Shown here: in pieces, positions 26,621 through 36,122 of the stretch
How positions within the stretch are numbered: the stretch's first letter is position 1
Layout of the letters: each line of letters begins with the position of its first letter
NCBI GenBank assembly: GCA_026986575.1
Contig: JALSOH010000008.1
Span: 1-38,892, forward strand
Reading direction: 5' to 3'
Length of the DNA stretch: 38,892 nt
Origin: Thermoproteota archaeon
GTDB lineage: Archaea > Korarchaeota > Korarchaeia > Korarchaeales > Korarchaeaceae
Program-made: the position numbers and the translations under genes
Notes under the pieces: model-generated
Database searches by the model: none
Seen by the model: only the letters and a program-made list of their open reading frames with translations
What the model was told of the DNA's origin: nothing

Positions 26621-27034
26621 TTGGAGCCGCTCCACTGGCGTGAGGTCCTGAGACGAGATGCACCGCTCCTCATATACTATCCCGCCTGCGGTGGTGGAGA
26701 GGAGTGTATCACGGCCTGTCCCTTCTCTAACGAGGTTTGGAAGCTCGAGACAATTAAAGTCACGTTGTTCGGGGTGAGCGAGAAGCCGAGGAGGAGGCCT
26801 GTAATGGTGAACCCCGAGGCATGTCGCCGATGCTACGTGTGCGTGCAGGCGTGCCCCACCGGGGCCCTCAGGGTCAACGACGGTAGGGTGTTCCATGGTA
26901 GGTGCAGGGAGGCGCTCGTCCTGATCTATAACGTCTTTAAACTTCCATTCAAGAGGAAGTACGGTGTCAGATTCGTCTTCAAGCGGGCACACATTCGAAG
27001 GTTCCTCAGGAACAACTTCGGAGTTACTAGCTAG
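26621..27034 (+). CDS. Dicluster ferredoxin-like protein with a basic C-terminal extension
   Basis: CGGGEECITACP and CRRCYVCVQACP motifs. Confidence 0.85.
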   Translation: MEPLHWREVLRRDAPLLIYYPACGGGEECITACPFSNEVWKLETIKVTLFGVSEKPRRRPVMVNPEACRRCYVCVQACPTGALRVNDGRVFHGRCREALVLIYNVFKLPFKRKYGVRFVFKRAHIRRFLRNNFGVTS

Positions 27035-28238
27035 CTAACCGATCGGATCCCACGGCTCCTCTCGGCAGTATTTTCCACGTGATAGCGGTCAGTGGAATCA
27101 GGCCCATGGCTGCGATCCCGAAGGGAAGTGGTGGATAAAGGCTGTAAGCTATCCCCCCAACCCCTGACATCATGCCGGACAGGTTACCCTCGAGCAACCC
27201 GCTTATCGCACTGACCTTCCCCCTTACCTCCCTGTCGGTGAGATCCGCCATGAGGGCGAACGCTGCTGGCCGTGACGCGAAGGCCACGGCGATGAGCATC
27301 GAGACGAGCACGTACAGGGGCTGATCCTTGGGGGCGAGGGCCAACATCCCCAAGCCGGTTGCTCCGGAGGCGTATCCCAGCGCCATGACCGCGCTCCTGC
27401 CTATCCTGTCAGCCAGATATCCAGAGATGAGAGTCGTGAACGTTGACTCTAAGCTCATTGCCGTGGAGATGAGACCCCAGAACTCCTCACTCACCCCCAG
27501 CGTCTTTACCGCGTATATCTGGGCGAAGGGGAAGGACATCCTGTAGAGGGCCCTCACCGACGAGGTTACCATTAGAAGCCTGCCCAGATCTCCCCTCAGC
27601 AGCTTGAGGGCACTCAGATATTCCCCCAGCGCCTGCCTGAATCCCAGCTTGACCTTCCTTCTGTGGGTCTCGATGAGGAGGGTCCTAAACAGGCCTGCCG
27701 ACATAACCGCAAGTGCTGTGACCGAGTAGAGGAGCCTCATCGCCTCCTCCAGTCCCATGGCCGAGACGAGGACGGTGGCCAGAGGCGGGCCCGCCAGTGC
27801 GGTGAGTTGGGAGGGAGTCTGCGAGGCGGTCAGCCCCTTCCCCCTCGACTCTGGGGGTAGGGTGTCGGCAACTATGGCCTGGACCGCCGGCTGGTACATT
27901 AGGGAGACGCTCCCCACCACCGTGCCCCACAGAACCCACGTCCAGTCGGGTGCGAGGGCATAGAGGAAGTAGGAGGCCCCGTACAGGGTCGTCATCGGAA
28001 CCAAGATACGTTTCCTCCCAACTGTGTCGGCCAGATAGCCGCCTATGAGCCTAGAAAAGGCCAGAACAATAGTTCCGACCATCACGATCAGGCCGACCTC
28101 TATGGGGCTTCCCCCAAGCTCTAGGACGTATAAGGAGGAGTAAACGCCAGTGGCAGAGGTGAAGGGGCTCATGATCGCCCAGGTGGCGGCCATCACCCCT
28201 AAGTTCCTCCTGATGACGCGCCTCTCCATCCCGGACAC
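27027..28238 (-). CDS. MFS transporter
   Basis: About 12 TM helices; motif A twice (GYLADTVGRKR, GYLADRIGR). Confidence 0.93.
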   Translation of the reverse strand: MSGMERRVIRRNLGVMAATWAIMSPFTSATGVYSSLYVLELGGSPIEVGLIVMVGTIVLAFSRLIGGYLADTVGRKRILVPMTTLYGASYFLYALAPDWTWVLWGTVVGSVSLMYQPAVQAIVADTLPPESRGKGLTASQTPSQLTALAGPPLATVLVSAMGLEEAMRLLYSVTALAVMSAGLFRTLLIETHRRKVKLGFRQALGEYLSALKLLRGDLGRLLMVTSSVRALYRMSFPFAQIYAVKTLGVSEEFWGLISTAMSLESTFTTLISGYLADRIGRSAVMALGYASGATGLGMLALAPKDQPLYVLVSMLIAVAFASRPAAFALMADLTDREVRGKVSAISGLLEGNLSGMMSGVGGIAYSLYPPLPFGIAAMGLIPLTAITWKILPRGAVGSDRLAS

Positions 28239-28265
28239 CCATGGGGAGTGATTTGACCGGAAGGC

Positions 28266-28883
28266 CTACGTCTCCAGCCACCTGAGGTACTCCTCTAGAT
28301 TGACCCTCTCCGCCCCGATCGTCGTGGGTTCCCCGTGTCCTGGCAGGACCGCCGTCGACGGGGGGAGTTCCATCAGCTTGAGGAGACTCCCCCTCATTCT
28401 CATAGGATCACCATGTTTGAAGTCAGTCCTCCCAATATTCCCCTTGAAAAGCGTATCTCCAGTGAACACGGCCCCTAGCCTCCTGATGTGATAGCAGACG
28501 CTGCCGGGCGTGTGGCCGGGTGTATGAAGGGGCTCTATCGAGAGGGAACCGACCTTCACATTCCCCTCAAGAGGCTCCAGATCGGGAGGGGGTCCCATGT
28601 TGAGCGGCCAGAAATCGGTGAGGACGGAGATGTCCTCCTCATGTGCGAAGGCCCTCACGTCCAGATGATCCGCAAGCTCCGGGAGCCCTGCAATGTGATC
28701 GAAGTGGGTGTGGGTCAGTAGTACGAGCTCCAGTGAAGCCCCCTCTCTTCCCAGGACATTCAGGATCTCCACGGCTGGGAGACCAGCATCGATCAGAATA
28801 GAGTTTCCATTCTCCTCATCCACGATCAAGTAAGCGAGGCTCTCGTACGGTCCGCAGCAGATCCTGACCACCTTGGCGTTCAT
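28266..28883 (-). CDS. Metallo-beta-lactamase fold hydrolase (glyoxalase II-like)
   Basis: THTHFDH, HTPGHTPGS, FTGDTLF and PGHG motifs. Confidence 0.95.
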   Translation of the reverse strand: MNAKVVRICCGPYESLAYLIVDEENGNSILIDAGLPAVEILNVLGREGASLELVLLTHTHFDHIAGLPELADHLDVRAFAHEEDISVLTDFWPLNMGPPPDLEPLEGNVKVGSLSIEPLHTPGHTPGSVCYHIRRLGAVFTGDTLFKGNIGRTDFKHGDPMRMRGSLLKLMELPPSTAVLPGHGEPTTIGAERVNLEEYLRWLET

Positions 28884-29059
28884 CCGGATCCCTCTGACGG
28901 ATTCAGGGCCGACGAGTTCGGCCTCTCATGCATCCATCTCTCGATTGCCTTTGAGATCGATCCATTCTAATCAGGCGCGGGCAATGACCTCCTTTAATTT
29001 AAATCTGGGTAGAACGAGCTTCGCTAGGAGGAAACTTCGATCAAACCCCCTCACCCATC

Positions 29060-29752
29060 CTATATCACGGAGACTAGCGAGGCCTCTTTAATAGATAGAT
29101 TGATTTTACCCTCCATCAGCCTAACCCTCACCCGCTCACTCGTCTTCTCCTCCATGAGGACGGTGCTCCCTATCACAATTCCCCTCTCAGCTAACCTCAG
29201 CCTCTTGCCCGGATCCGCTCGGACGGCCACGACCTTTCCGGCTTCACCCGGTTCTAGATCCGAGAGCCTCTTCATTGGAAGTATCACGGCCTCCTCGTCC
29301 GCTCTCAGAACAGGTCTCCTCCCCCACTTCAGGTAGAAGTGAAAGCCTTCAAGCCACCTCGGCAGCCCGTGCGGGCAGCCTTCCATGAACTCTATGAATT
29401 TTAGGAGACGGTCGTAGGTCTCCTCGCTTAGGTGGTGTTCCATCCCACAAGCGTCCTTCTCGGCCACCTTAGGGTCCACTCCGAGGTACTTGGTGAGGAA
29501 CTCGAAGAGGAGGTTGTGCTTGGTCTGTATCTCCTCAGCTATGCGTCTACCCTCCTCAGTCAGCTCGATCTCACCATGTTTCTCGTACTTCACGAGGCCC
29601 TGACTTGCCAAGAACCTCACCATTTGCAGGGCCGTGGGCATCCTGACTCCAAGGGCTTCGGAGAGTGTGACTAGCCTCACTTTACTTCCCTTGGACGATA
29701 GCTGGTATATGGTGCGCAGGTAGTCTTGGGCTCTCGAGGTAAGTTCGACCAT
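29060..29752 (-). CDS. DtxR/MntR-family metal-dependent regulator with C-terminal FeoA domain
   Basis: QDYLRTIY, KHNLLFEFL, DACGMEHHLS and CPHG motifs, then FeoA-like LSDLEPGEAGKV...RLAERGI. Start MVEL at 29752 (track start 29854). Confidence 0.93.
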   Translation of the reverse strand: MVELTSRAQDYLRTIYQLSSKGSKVRLVTLSEALGVRMPTALQMVRFLASQGLVKYEKHGEIELTEEGRRIAEEIQTKHNLLFEFLTKYLGVDPKVAEKDACGMEHHLSEETYDRLLKFIEFMEGCPHGLPRWLEGFHFYLKWGRRPVLRADEEAVILPMKRLSDLEPGEAGKVVAVRADPGKRLRLAERGIVIGSTVLMEEKTSERVRVRLMEGKINLSIKEASLVSVI

Positions 29753-30024
29753 CCAGCTTACCCACCAGAAACCTATAACAAATTTTCGAGTTAGGAGGGA
29801 CCGGGCCCTAGGACTTGCCCAACTGGACTCTGGATCCCACGGCCTCATCACCACATCGAGGCCCCTCTAATCACTCAGTCCCTTTGGTCCTTCTATGTTT
29901 CTCTGGGACCACCTCTCCTACCCCTAATCACTAGAAAATCGCTACCATTAGAACCCCGACAGCAGCGGCCAGCTCGAGTTACACTAGACTTGCAAGTTTA
30001 AGGGCTCTTCCCACCTATTGGGGA

Positions 30025-30684
30025 GTGCCGTCACTGGATATCGTGATAGTGCTGGCTAGTGGAGAGGTCATCCCCCGTAGATTCTCCTACGAGAGACTCG
30101 TTCTGGCGGGCTGGTCAGGAAGGGACAGGGATGAGGTAATGGCTCACGTGAAGGAGCTGAAGAGGATAGGCGTACCGCCGCCTAGCGAGGTTCCCCAGTT
30201 CTTCAGAGTTGGACCCAATCTTCTCACGACCTCCCGTAGGATCGGAGTACTGGAGGGCAGGAACAACGGAGAGGTGGAGTACGTGATCCTACTCGAGGAC
30301 GGAAGACCGAGATACGTCACGGTGGGGAGCGATCACACTGACAGGGACGTGGAGAGGATGAGCGTACCGTTATCGAAGCAGCTCTACCCGAAGGTCATCC
30401 CGCCCATTGTGTGGCCTTACGAGGAGGTGGTGGACCACTGGGACGAGCTAGTTCTTGAGCTCAGGGTGGACGGAACCATCGCCCAGAGATCCAAGGCCGA
30501 AGGATTGCTGAGGGCTGATGAGCTGATCGATAGGGCGGGGCTCGAGGGAAATGCCGTCCTCTTCTCCGGGTCGATCCCTTGGATCAACGGTGAGATGAAG
30601 TTTGGAAGGGAATACAGGATGGAGATCAGGGATCCCGTGCTGAGAAGGGAGATAGCCTACAGCTACTTGACCCACAAAGCTTGA
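30025..30684 (+). CDS. DUF2848-like protein (fumarylacetoacetate hydrolase superfamily)
   Basis: LAGWSGRD...HVKEL..IGVPPP, GEVE, VGSDHTDR and SKQ.YPK motifs. Confidence 0.85.
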   Translation: MPSLDIVIVLASGEVIPRRFSYERLVLAGWSGRDRDEVMAHVKELKRIGVPPPSEVPQFFRVGPNLLTTSRRIGVLEGRNNGEVEYVILLEDGRPRYVTVGSDHTDRDVERMSVPLSKQLYPKVIPPIVWPYEEVVDHWDELVLELRVDGTIAQRSKAEGLLRADELIDRAGLEGNAVLFSGSIPWINGEMKFGREYRMEIRDPVLRREIAYSYLTHKA

Positions 30685-30954
30685 CATCCGGTTTATTACC
30701 CATCACATCCCCTATCTAGCGTCAACCTATGGAACAGGCTCACGAGAACATCGTTTATAGCGAAACCGGAGACCAGAATAAAAATTATAACCTGTATCCC
30801 CGGTAAAAAATCAGGGATACCTCCGGTCCCTTGGGACCGGTTGGGTGAACACGGGACCACCCCTTCGAGTAAGGAGCGGGAAGCTGTGGAATTCCCACAA
30901 TATTTAAAAGTTTTCATTGATAAAAAATATTAGAGAGCAGGGAGGTGAAAGATT

Positions 30955-32472
30955 TTGAGAAGAAAAGGGGCCTCGAAGCCCGTTACTGTTCTGGTCGCCC
31001 TCATCGTCGGCGTCCTGATTGGTGCAGTTATAGGTTACGCCCTATCACCGAAGGCCCCCGTAACCACCACAGTGACTGCTCCTTCTGGTGATCTGGAGAA
31101 GTTGAAGGCTGAGAATGAGCAGTTGAAGGCTAAGGTGGAGGAACTCACGAAGAAGCTGGCCTCGGCCGGCGAGGGAGAGATCACGATAAAGATCTGGACC
31201 ATAGGCCCGGATCCACCCAGTGAGTACAGGCTGAAGAACTTCCAGATAGCGGCTGAGATGCTTAACAAGTGGTTAGCCGCTTTGGGATCCAAGGTCAGGA
31301 TCAAGATAGACGGTCAGTTCTTCGTCAGGCCCGTGGAGTGGGGCGAGTACAAGAACAAGTTTTACCTGGCCTACAAGTCAGGGAAGGCGCCCGACATCTA
31401 CCTGACCGGCCATGAGGACGTTGGATTCCTGGCCGCGAATGGCTACATAATCCCTCTCGACGACTACATAAAGGAGTACTGGGATGTGGTCTACTACGAC
31501 GTGATCCCCACCCTCTGGGAGGCGGTGAAGTATCAGGGCAAGATATGGGCGGTTCCTCAGGACACCGAGGCTAGGCCCATCTACTTCAGGAAGGACGTAT
31601 TGAAGAAGCTCGGATGGAGCGATGAGGAAATAGCTCAGCTGCCGGAGAAGGTGAAGAGGGGAGAGTTCACCCTGAAGGACCTGCTGGAGGTCGCGAAGGA
31701 GGCCGTGGATAAAGGGCTGGTTGAGAGGGGCATACTCCACAGGGTCAAGGAGGGATACGATTACTTCCAGTTCTACCTCGCGTATGGAGGCAGGCTGTGG
31801 GACGCCGAGAGCGGAAAGATGGTCTTCACCAAGAGCGCCTGGAGGAAGACGCTCCAGTGGTTCCACGACGCCGTCTGGAAGTACAAGGTTATAAGCCCGA
31901 CTCAGTTCTCGGGCGACTGGGACAAGGACTTCCATGGCCCGTTCACTCAGGGCAAGGCCCTGTTCCTGTCAGGAGGTACTTGGCACAAGGGAGAGTGGGT
32001 GAGCAAGGGACTGCTGACCAACGAGGAGTTCAATGAGAACATAGGTTACATGCTCCATCCGGCCGGTGAGCCCGGAAAGAAGCCTGTGACGTTGAGTCAC
32101 CCGCTCATCTACACGATAACCAAGCAGGCCCAAGAGAGAGGGGTTGCAGACGTGGCGTTCCTCCTGATAACCTTGGTGACCGATCCTCACCTGAACGCCA
32201 ACCATGCGGTCCAGAGCAGCCACCTGGCCATCCTGTACAGTGAGATAAGCGACAGCAGGTACAAGAAAGAGCCCTTCTTGGCCGATGTGGCCTACATGCT
32301 CGATTACACAACGTTCATACCGAATCATCCCAAGTGGGGAGACTACAGCAGGATAGTGTTTAATGTCCTCAGGGGTGTGGAGAGCGGTGATCTGACCCCC
32401 GATCAGGCCTTCAACGAGCTTCTGAACGGAATAAAGGGACTCGGCTCTGACGCCGTCATAATAGAGGACTGA
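30955..32472 (+). CDS. Carbohydrate ABC transporter substrate-binding protein
   Basis: N-terminal hydrophobic anchor, Thr-rich linker, GKAPDI, PLDDY, GKIWAVPQD and YFRKD motifs; GGAGGTG ribosome-binding site. Confidence 0.93.
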   Translation: MRRKGASKPVTVLVALIVGVLIGAVIGYALSPKAPVTTTVTAPSGDLEKLKAENEQLKAKVEELTKKLASAGEGEITIKIWTIGPDPPSEYRLKNFQIAAEMLNKWLAALGSKVRIKIDGQFFVRPVEWGEYKNKFYLAYKSGKAPDIYLTGHEDVGFLAANGYIIPLDDYIKEYWDVVYYDVIPTLWEAVKYQGKIWAVPQDTEARPIYFRKDVLKKLGWSDEEIAQLPEKVKRGEFTLKDLLEVAKEAVDKGLVERGILHRVKEGYDYFQFYLAYGGRLWDAESGKMVFTKSAWRKTLQWFHDAVWKYKVISPTQFSGDWDKDFHGPFTQGKALFLSGGTWHKGEWVSKGLLTNEEFNENIGYMLHPAGEPGKKPVTLSHPLIYTITKQAQERGVADVAFLLITLVTDPHLNANHAVQSSHLAILYSEISDSRYKKEPFLADVAYMLDYTTFIPNHPKWGDYSRIVFNVLRGVESGDLTPDQAFNELLNGIKGLGSDAVIIED

Positions 32473-32489
32473 TCTTCCCATTCTTTTTT
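32473..32489 (+). terminator. Pyrimidine/oligo-T tract after the substrate-binding gene (possible partial archaeal terminator)
   Basis: tcttcccattctttttt immediately after the stop codon. Confidence 0.45.
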
Positions 32490-32503
32490 GGGGAGGTGTC
32501 CGT

Positions 32504-33418
32504 CTGGGAGCTCGGTTCCGGTTCAGAAGGAAGTACCTAGCCGTCTTCCTCCTGCCCAGCTTCGCCCTCATAGTTGTCTTCTACCTGCTTCCCGTCCTGC
32601 TCACGCTCCTCATAAGCTTCACCGACATGGACTACAGCTTCCAATGGAACTGGGTGGGGCTTCAGAACTACGCGCAGATGCTGAGCGATCCCATAGCTGG
32701 GAAGGTCTTCAACAACACCCTCCTCTACGTGTTCTCCACCCTAACCTTCTTCAATGTGGGAGCTGCCTTGGTGATCTCCCTCATCACCGTCCACATACCT
32801 GAGAGGGTGGGTCAGGGCTACAGGGCACTGTGGCTCCTCCCCAGGATAACCCCCTCCACCGTATACGCTCTGCTCTGGCTTTGGGCGGTGAGGCAGGATC
32901 CCACCGCACTCTTCAACTGGATCTTAGGTTTCTTCGGCATGGAACCAGTAAACTGGCTCCACAAGCACCCCTGGCCCATCGTAATCTTAGTTAACGGGTT
33001 TGTCGGAGCCTCGTTCGGCATGATAATCTTCACAGCAGCCTTGAAAAGCATTCCAGCCGACTACATAAGGGCGGCTAGGGTTGATGGGGCCTCCACCTTC
33101 CAGATAATAAGGCATATAGAGCTACCCCTGATAAAGTGGCCCCTGATGTTCGTCACCGCTTACCAAACACTCTCGCTGCTCACCTCCTACGAATACATCC
33201 TCCTTGTGACTAATGGAGGACCGGGCTACTACACCACCGAGGTATGGGCCCTGTACAGCTATCACCTGGCCTTCGCCCAGTACGGAGGGATAGTGAAGTT
33301 CGGCTACGGCGCAGCGCTAGCAACGGTGCTCGTTATCCTAGGCCTAGTACTCTCCATCGTCTACTGGAGGGTCTTCAGGCTGAAGGAGCTGATGATCGAG
33401 CCCAAGATAGAGGTGTGA
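32504..33418 (+). CDS. Carbohydrate ABC transporter permease (MalF-like)
   Basis: WVGLQNY and EAA-like RAARVDGAS motifs. The first TM helix (KYLAVFLLPSFALIVVFYLLP) lies upstream of the track start; CTG at 32504 follows GGAGGTG. Confidence 0.92.
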   Translation: MGARFRFRRKYLAVFLLPSFALIVVFYLLPVLLTLLISFTDMDYSFQWNWVGLQNYAQMLSDPIAGKVFNNTLLYVFSTLTFFNVGAALVISLITVHIPERVGQGYRALWLLPRITPSTVYALLWLWAVRQDPTALFNWILGFFGMEPVNWLHKHPWPIVILVNGFVGASFGMIIFTAALKSIPADYIRAARVDGASTFQIIRHIELPLIKWPLMFVTAYQTLSLLTSYEYILLVTNGGPGYYTTEVWALYSYHLAFAQYGGIVKFGYGAALATVLVILGLVLSIVYWRVFRLKELMIEPKIEV

Positions 33419-33420
33419 TC

Positions 33421-34269
33421 ATGGTATCGAGGAAACACCTACCGTGGATCGTCTTCATGGCCCTCTTGACCCTCCCCATAGTCCTTCTCTACGCGCTTCT
33501 CTTCGCTCAGAGCGTTTCAGAGGAGGTGGTGGGGATATTACCCGTCAACTTGACCCTCTCAAACTGGGAGTTCCTGAAGGACGGGAACATAAGAGTTCCC
33601 GGCACGACCACCCAGTACTATCCCAATGTGTACTCGGTCACCCTTAACACCCTCGCCCTAGCTTTGACGGTCGCGTTCCTCGAGCTGGTCTTCAGCTCCC
33701 TGGCTGGCTACGCCATCTCACGCTACAAGTTCAGGGGAAGGAGCGCCTTCCTCGCTCTCGCGCTTGTGCTCCACTCTTTCCCCGGGATAACCCTCCTCAT
33801 TGCCCTTTTCTACATCCTGAATGTCATGGGCCTCTACGACACCTTGTTGGGGGTGATAATAATCAAGGTCGCATTGGACATGCCTTTGGACATCTGGATA
33901 ATGAAGGGGTTCTTCGACGGCGTTAGCTGGGACATGGAGATGTCTGCTCTGGTCGATGGGTGCAGCAGGCTACAGGCTTGGTGGAAGGTAGTGATGCCCA
34001 ACGTGAGGAACGGATTGATGACTGTCCTGATCTTCGGCTTCCTCTCAGGTTGGAGCGAGTTCATATACATCCTCACGTTCATCTCCAGCCAGGACTACTG
34101 GACCTTCTCCATGCTCGTCTACGCTCTCACCACCGGGGAATATTCCTACATTAATCCAGGCGTGACCTCGGCCGTCGCCATAATTTACATGATTCCCGTA
34201 ATTCTGTTCTTCCTGTTCGCTCAGCAGTATCTCCTGAGGATCCAGATAGCTGGAAAGGGGGTCACGTAG
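33421..34269 (+). CDS. Carbohydrate ABC transporter permease (MalG-like)
   Basis: AGYAISRYKFRGR, MKGFFD, EMSALVDGCS and WSEF motifs. Start MVSRKH at 33421 after GAGGTG. Confidence 0.93.
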   Translation: MVSRKHLPWIVFMALLTLPIVLLYALLFAQSVSEEVVGILPVNLTLSNWEFLKDGNIRVPGTTTQYYPNVYSVTLNTLALALTVAFLELVFSSLAGYAISRYKFRGRSAFLALALVLHSFPGITLLIALFYILNVMGLYDTLLGVIIIKVALDMPLDIWIMKGFFDGVSWDMEMSALVDGCSRLQAWWKVVMPNVRNGLMTVLIFGFLSGWSEFIYILTFISSQDYWTFSMLVYALTTGEYSYINPGVTSAVAIIYMIPVILFFLFAQQYLLRIQIAGKGVT

Positions 34270-34371
34270 AATCCCCCTCCTTTCTTTGTGATGATGCGGC
34301 TGCCTCTGTTGGTAGGAGCCAATCCTTATTACGGTATGGTAATACTATACGGTAGGAAGGTGAAGGTAGGA

Positions 34372-34590
34372 ATGAGCGTGACGGTCTCGGCCAAGGTCAA
34401 GAGGGAGCTCTGGGAGAAAGCGAAGGAGCTGGGAATTAACGTCAGCGAGGTCATAAGAGAGGCTCTGGAGAAGAAAGTGAGAGAGGAGGAGATCAGGTGG
34501 GCTATAAAGACCATGGAGGAGATATCCAGAAAGATCTCCTTGGATGAGGAGTCCTCCAAGATAATTAGGAGGGAGAGGGACAGCAGGTGA
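34372..34590 (+). CDS. vapB: RHH/CcdA-like antitoxin (VapB)
   Basis: MSVTVSAKVKRELWEKAKELGINVSEVIREAL; GTGA overlap with the PIN gene. Confidence 0.88.
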   Translation: MSVTVSAKVKRELWEKAKELGINVSEVIREALEKKVREEEIRWAIKTMEEISRKISLDEESSKIIRRERDSR

Positions 34591-34997
34591 TAGTCGTACT
34601 GGACGCAAGCGCTGTGGCTAAGTGGTTCCTGAGGGAAGAAGAATCAGAGGAAATGAGGTCACTCAGGGAGAAGTTGGCGAGCGGGGAGACTGAGGGTTAT
34701 GCCCCATCTCTCATCCTAGTGGAGGTGGCTAACTTGCTCAGGTATGCCAAGAATGTGACTTCGGATGATGTGAAGAAGGCTTTAAGATCCTTGGAGATCC
34801 TTTTACGCTTGGTAGATGACGGAGAGCTGCTCTTTGGTGCAGTAGATCTGGCATTTCAAAGGACTACGACAATATACGATTCCCTATACGTGGAGCTGGC
34901 AAGGAGGCTCGACGCTTATCTGGTGACCTACGATGAGGAGCTGCTCGAGAAATTCGAGGAGATCGCGGTAAAAGCCAGCAATTTGCTCAGAGGATGA
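34587..34997 (+). CDS. vapC: PIN-domain toxin (VapC)
   Basis: VLDASAVAKW, EVAN, YDSLY and VTYD motifs. Confidence 0.93.
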   Translation: MIVVLDASAVAKWFLREEESEEMRSLREKLASGETEGYAPSLILVEVANLLRYAKNVTSDDVKKALRSLEILLRLVDDGELLFGAVDLAFQRTTTIYDSLYVELARRLDAYLVTYDEELLEKFEEIAVKASNLLRG

Positions 34998-35057
34998 TAT
35001 ACCTACCTAGAATATTCTTCGATCAGTGAGATCAGATTCGATCAGACCATACCTCGA

Positions 35058-36122
35058 TCAGATCAGGCTCCTTCCCGTCGCCTTGTCGAACAGGTACACC
35101 TTCTCGGGGGGGATCCTAAACTTCACTCTCTGGCCCATCCTCAGGTTAGAGTCAGTACCAGTGACCGCCTTGATGTGCAGCCCATCCAATGAGATCGTCA
35201 CCAGCAGCTCCCTGCCCAGCGGCTCTATCACATAGATCTCCCCCTCTAACTCCCCTTCCTCGGTAAGCTCCACATCTTCAGGCCTGATGCCCAAGACAAC
35301 CTCCAAGGGTGTGTCGTCAAAACTCAAATCTCCAAGCTCAATCACCCTGCCATCGAACTCAAACCTGAGCGGCTTGCTGCCGGTGATGGTGCCCTCTATG
35401 AAGTTGGTCGGGGTCGTCCCTATGAAACCAGCCACAAACATGTTGGCTGGCCTCCTGTAGAGTTCCTCGGGCGGACCGTACTGCTGGAGCCTGCCGTGGT
35501 TCAGGACCGCGATGCGATCGGCCATGGTCATGGCCTCTAGCTGATCGTGGGTCACATAGATGGTGGTGATGCCCAGATCCTTCTGGAGCCTCTTCAGCTC
35601 TCCCCTCATCTCCACCCTGAGCTTCGCATCTAGGTTGCTTAGGGGCTCGTCCATCAGGAATAGATCGGGCTCCTTTACCAGCGCCCTAGCTAGAGCTACC
35701 CTCTGCTGCTGACCTCCTGAGAGCTGGCCCGGCTTCCTGTCCAGCAGGTCCTCTATGTGCAGCAGTTCGGCAACTTCCCTGACCTTCCTCTCCATCTCCT
35801 CCTTGGGTACCTTCTTCAGCTTAAGCGGGAAAGCTATGTTGTCGAACACCTTCATGTGGGGGTAGAGGGCGTAGGTCTGGAAGACCATCCCGACGTTCCT
35901 GTCCTTCGGCTCCAGATCGTTGACCACACGATCATCGAAGTATATGTATCCCTCCGTTGGCCTGTAGATCCCAGCTATCATGAGGAGGGTCGTGGTCTTA
36001 CCACATCCGGAGGGCCCGAGGAGGGCCACGAACTCCCCGTGACCAATCTCCAAGTTCAGATGATCAACGGCTACTACCCTCCCAAAACGTTTGGTCAGGT
36101 TAACGAGCCTTACTGAGACCAT
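35058..36122 (-). CDS. Carbohydrate ABC transporter ATP-binding protein (MalK/MsmX-like)
   Basis: GPSGCGKTT, VFQTYALYPHM, LSGGQQQRVA, MDEPLSNLDA, VTHDQ and GIRPED motifs. Start MVSV at 36122 after GGAGG. Confidence 0.96.
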   Translation of the reverse strand: MVSVRLVNLTKRFGRVVAVDHLNLEIGHGEFVALLGPSGCGKTTTLLMIAGIYRPTEGYIYFDDRVVNDLEPKDRNVGMVFQTYALYPHMKVFDNIAFPLKLKKVPKEEMERKVREVAELLHIEDLLDRKPGQLSGGQQQRVALARALVKEPDLFLMDEPLSNLDAKLRVEMRGELKRLQKDLGITTIYVTHDQLEAMTMADRIAVLNHGRLQQYGPPEELYRRPANMFVAGFIGTTPTNFIEGTITGSKPLRFEFDGRVIELGDLSFDDTPLEVVLGIRPEDVELTEEGELEGEIYVIEPLGRELLVTISLDGLHIKAVTGTDSNLRMGQRVKFRIPPEKVYLFDKATGRSLI

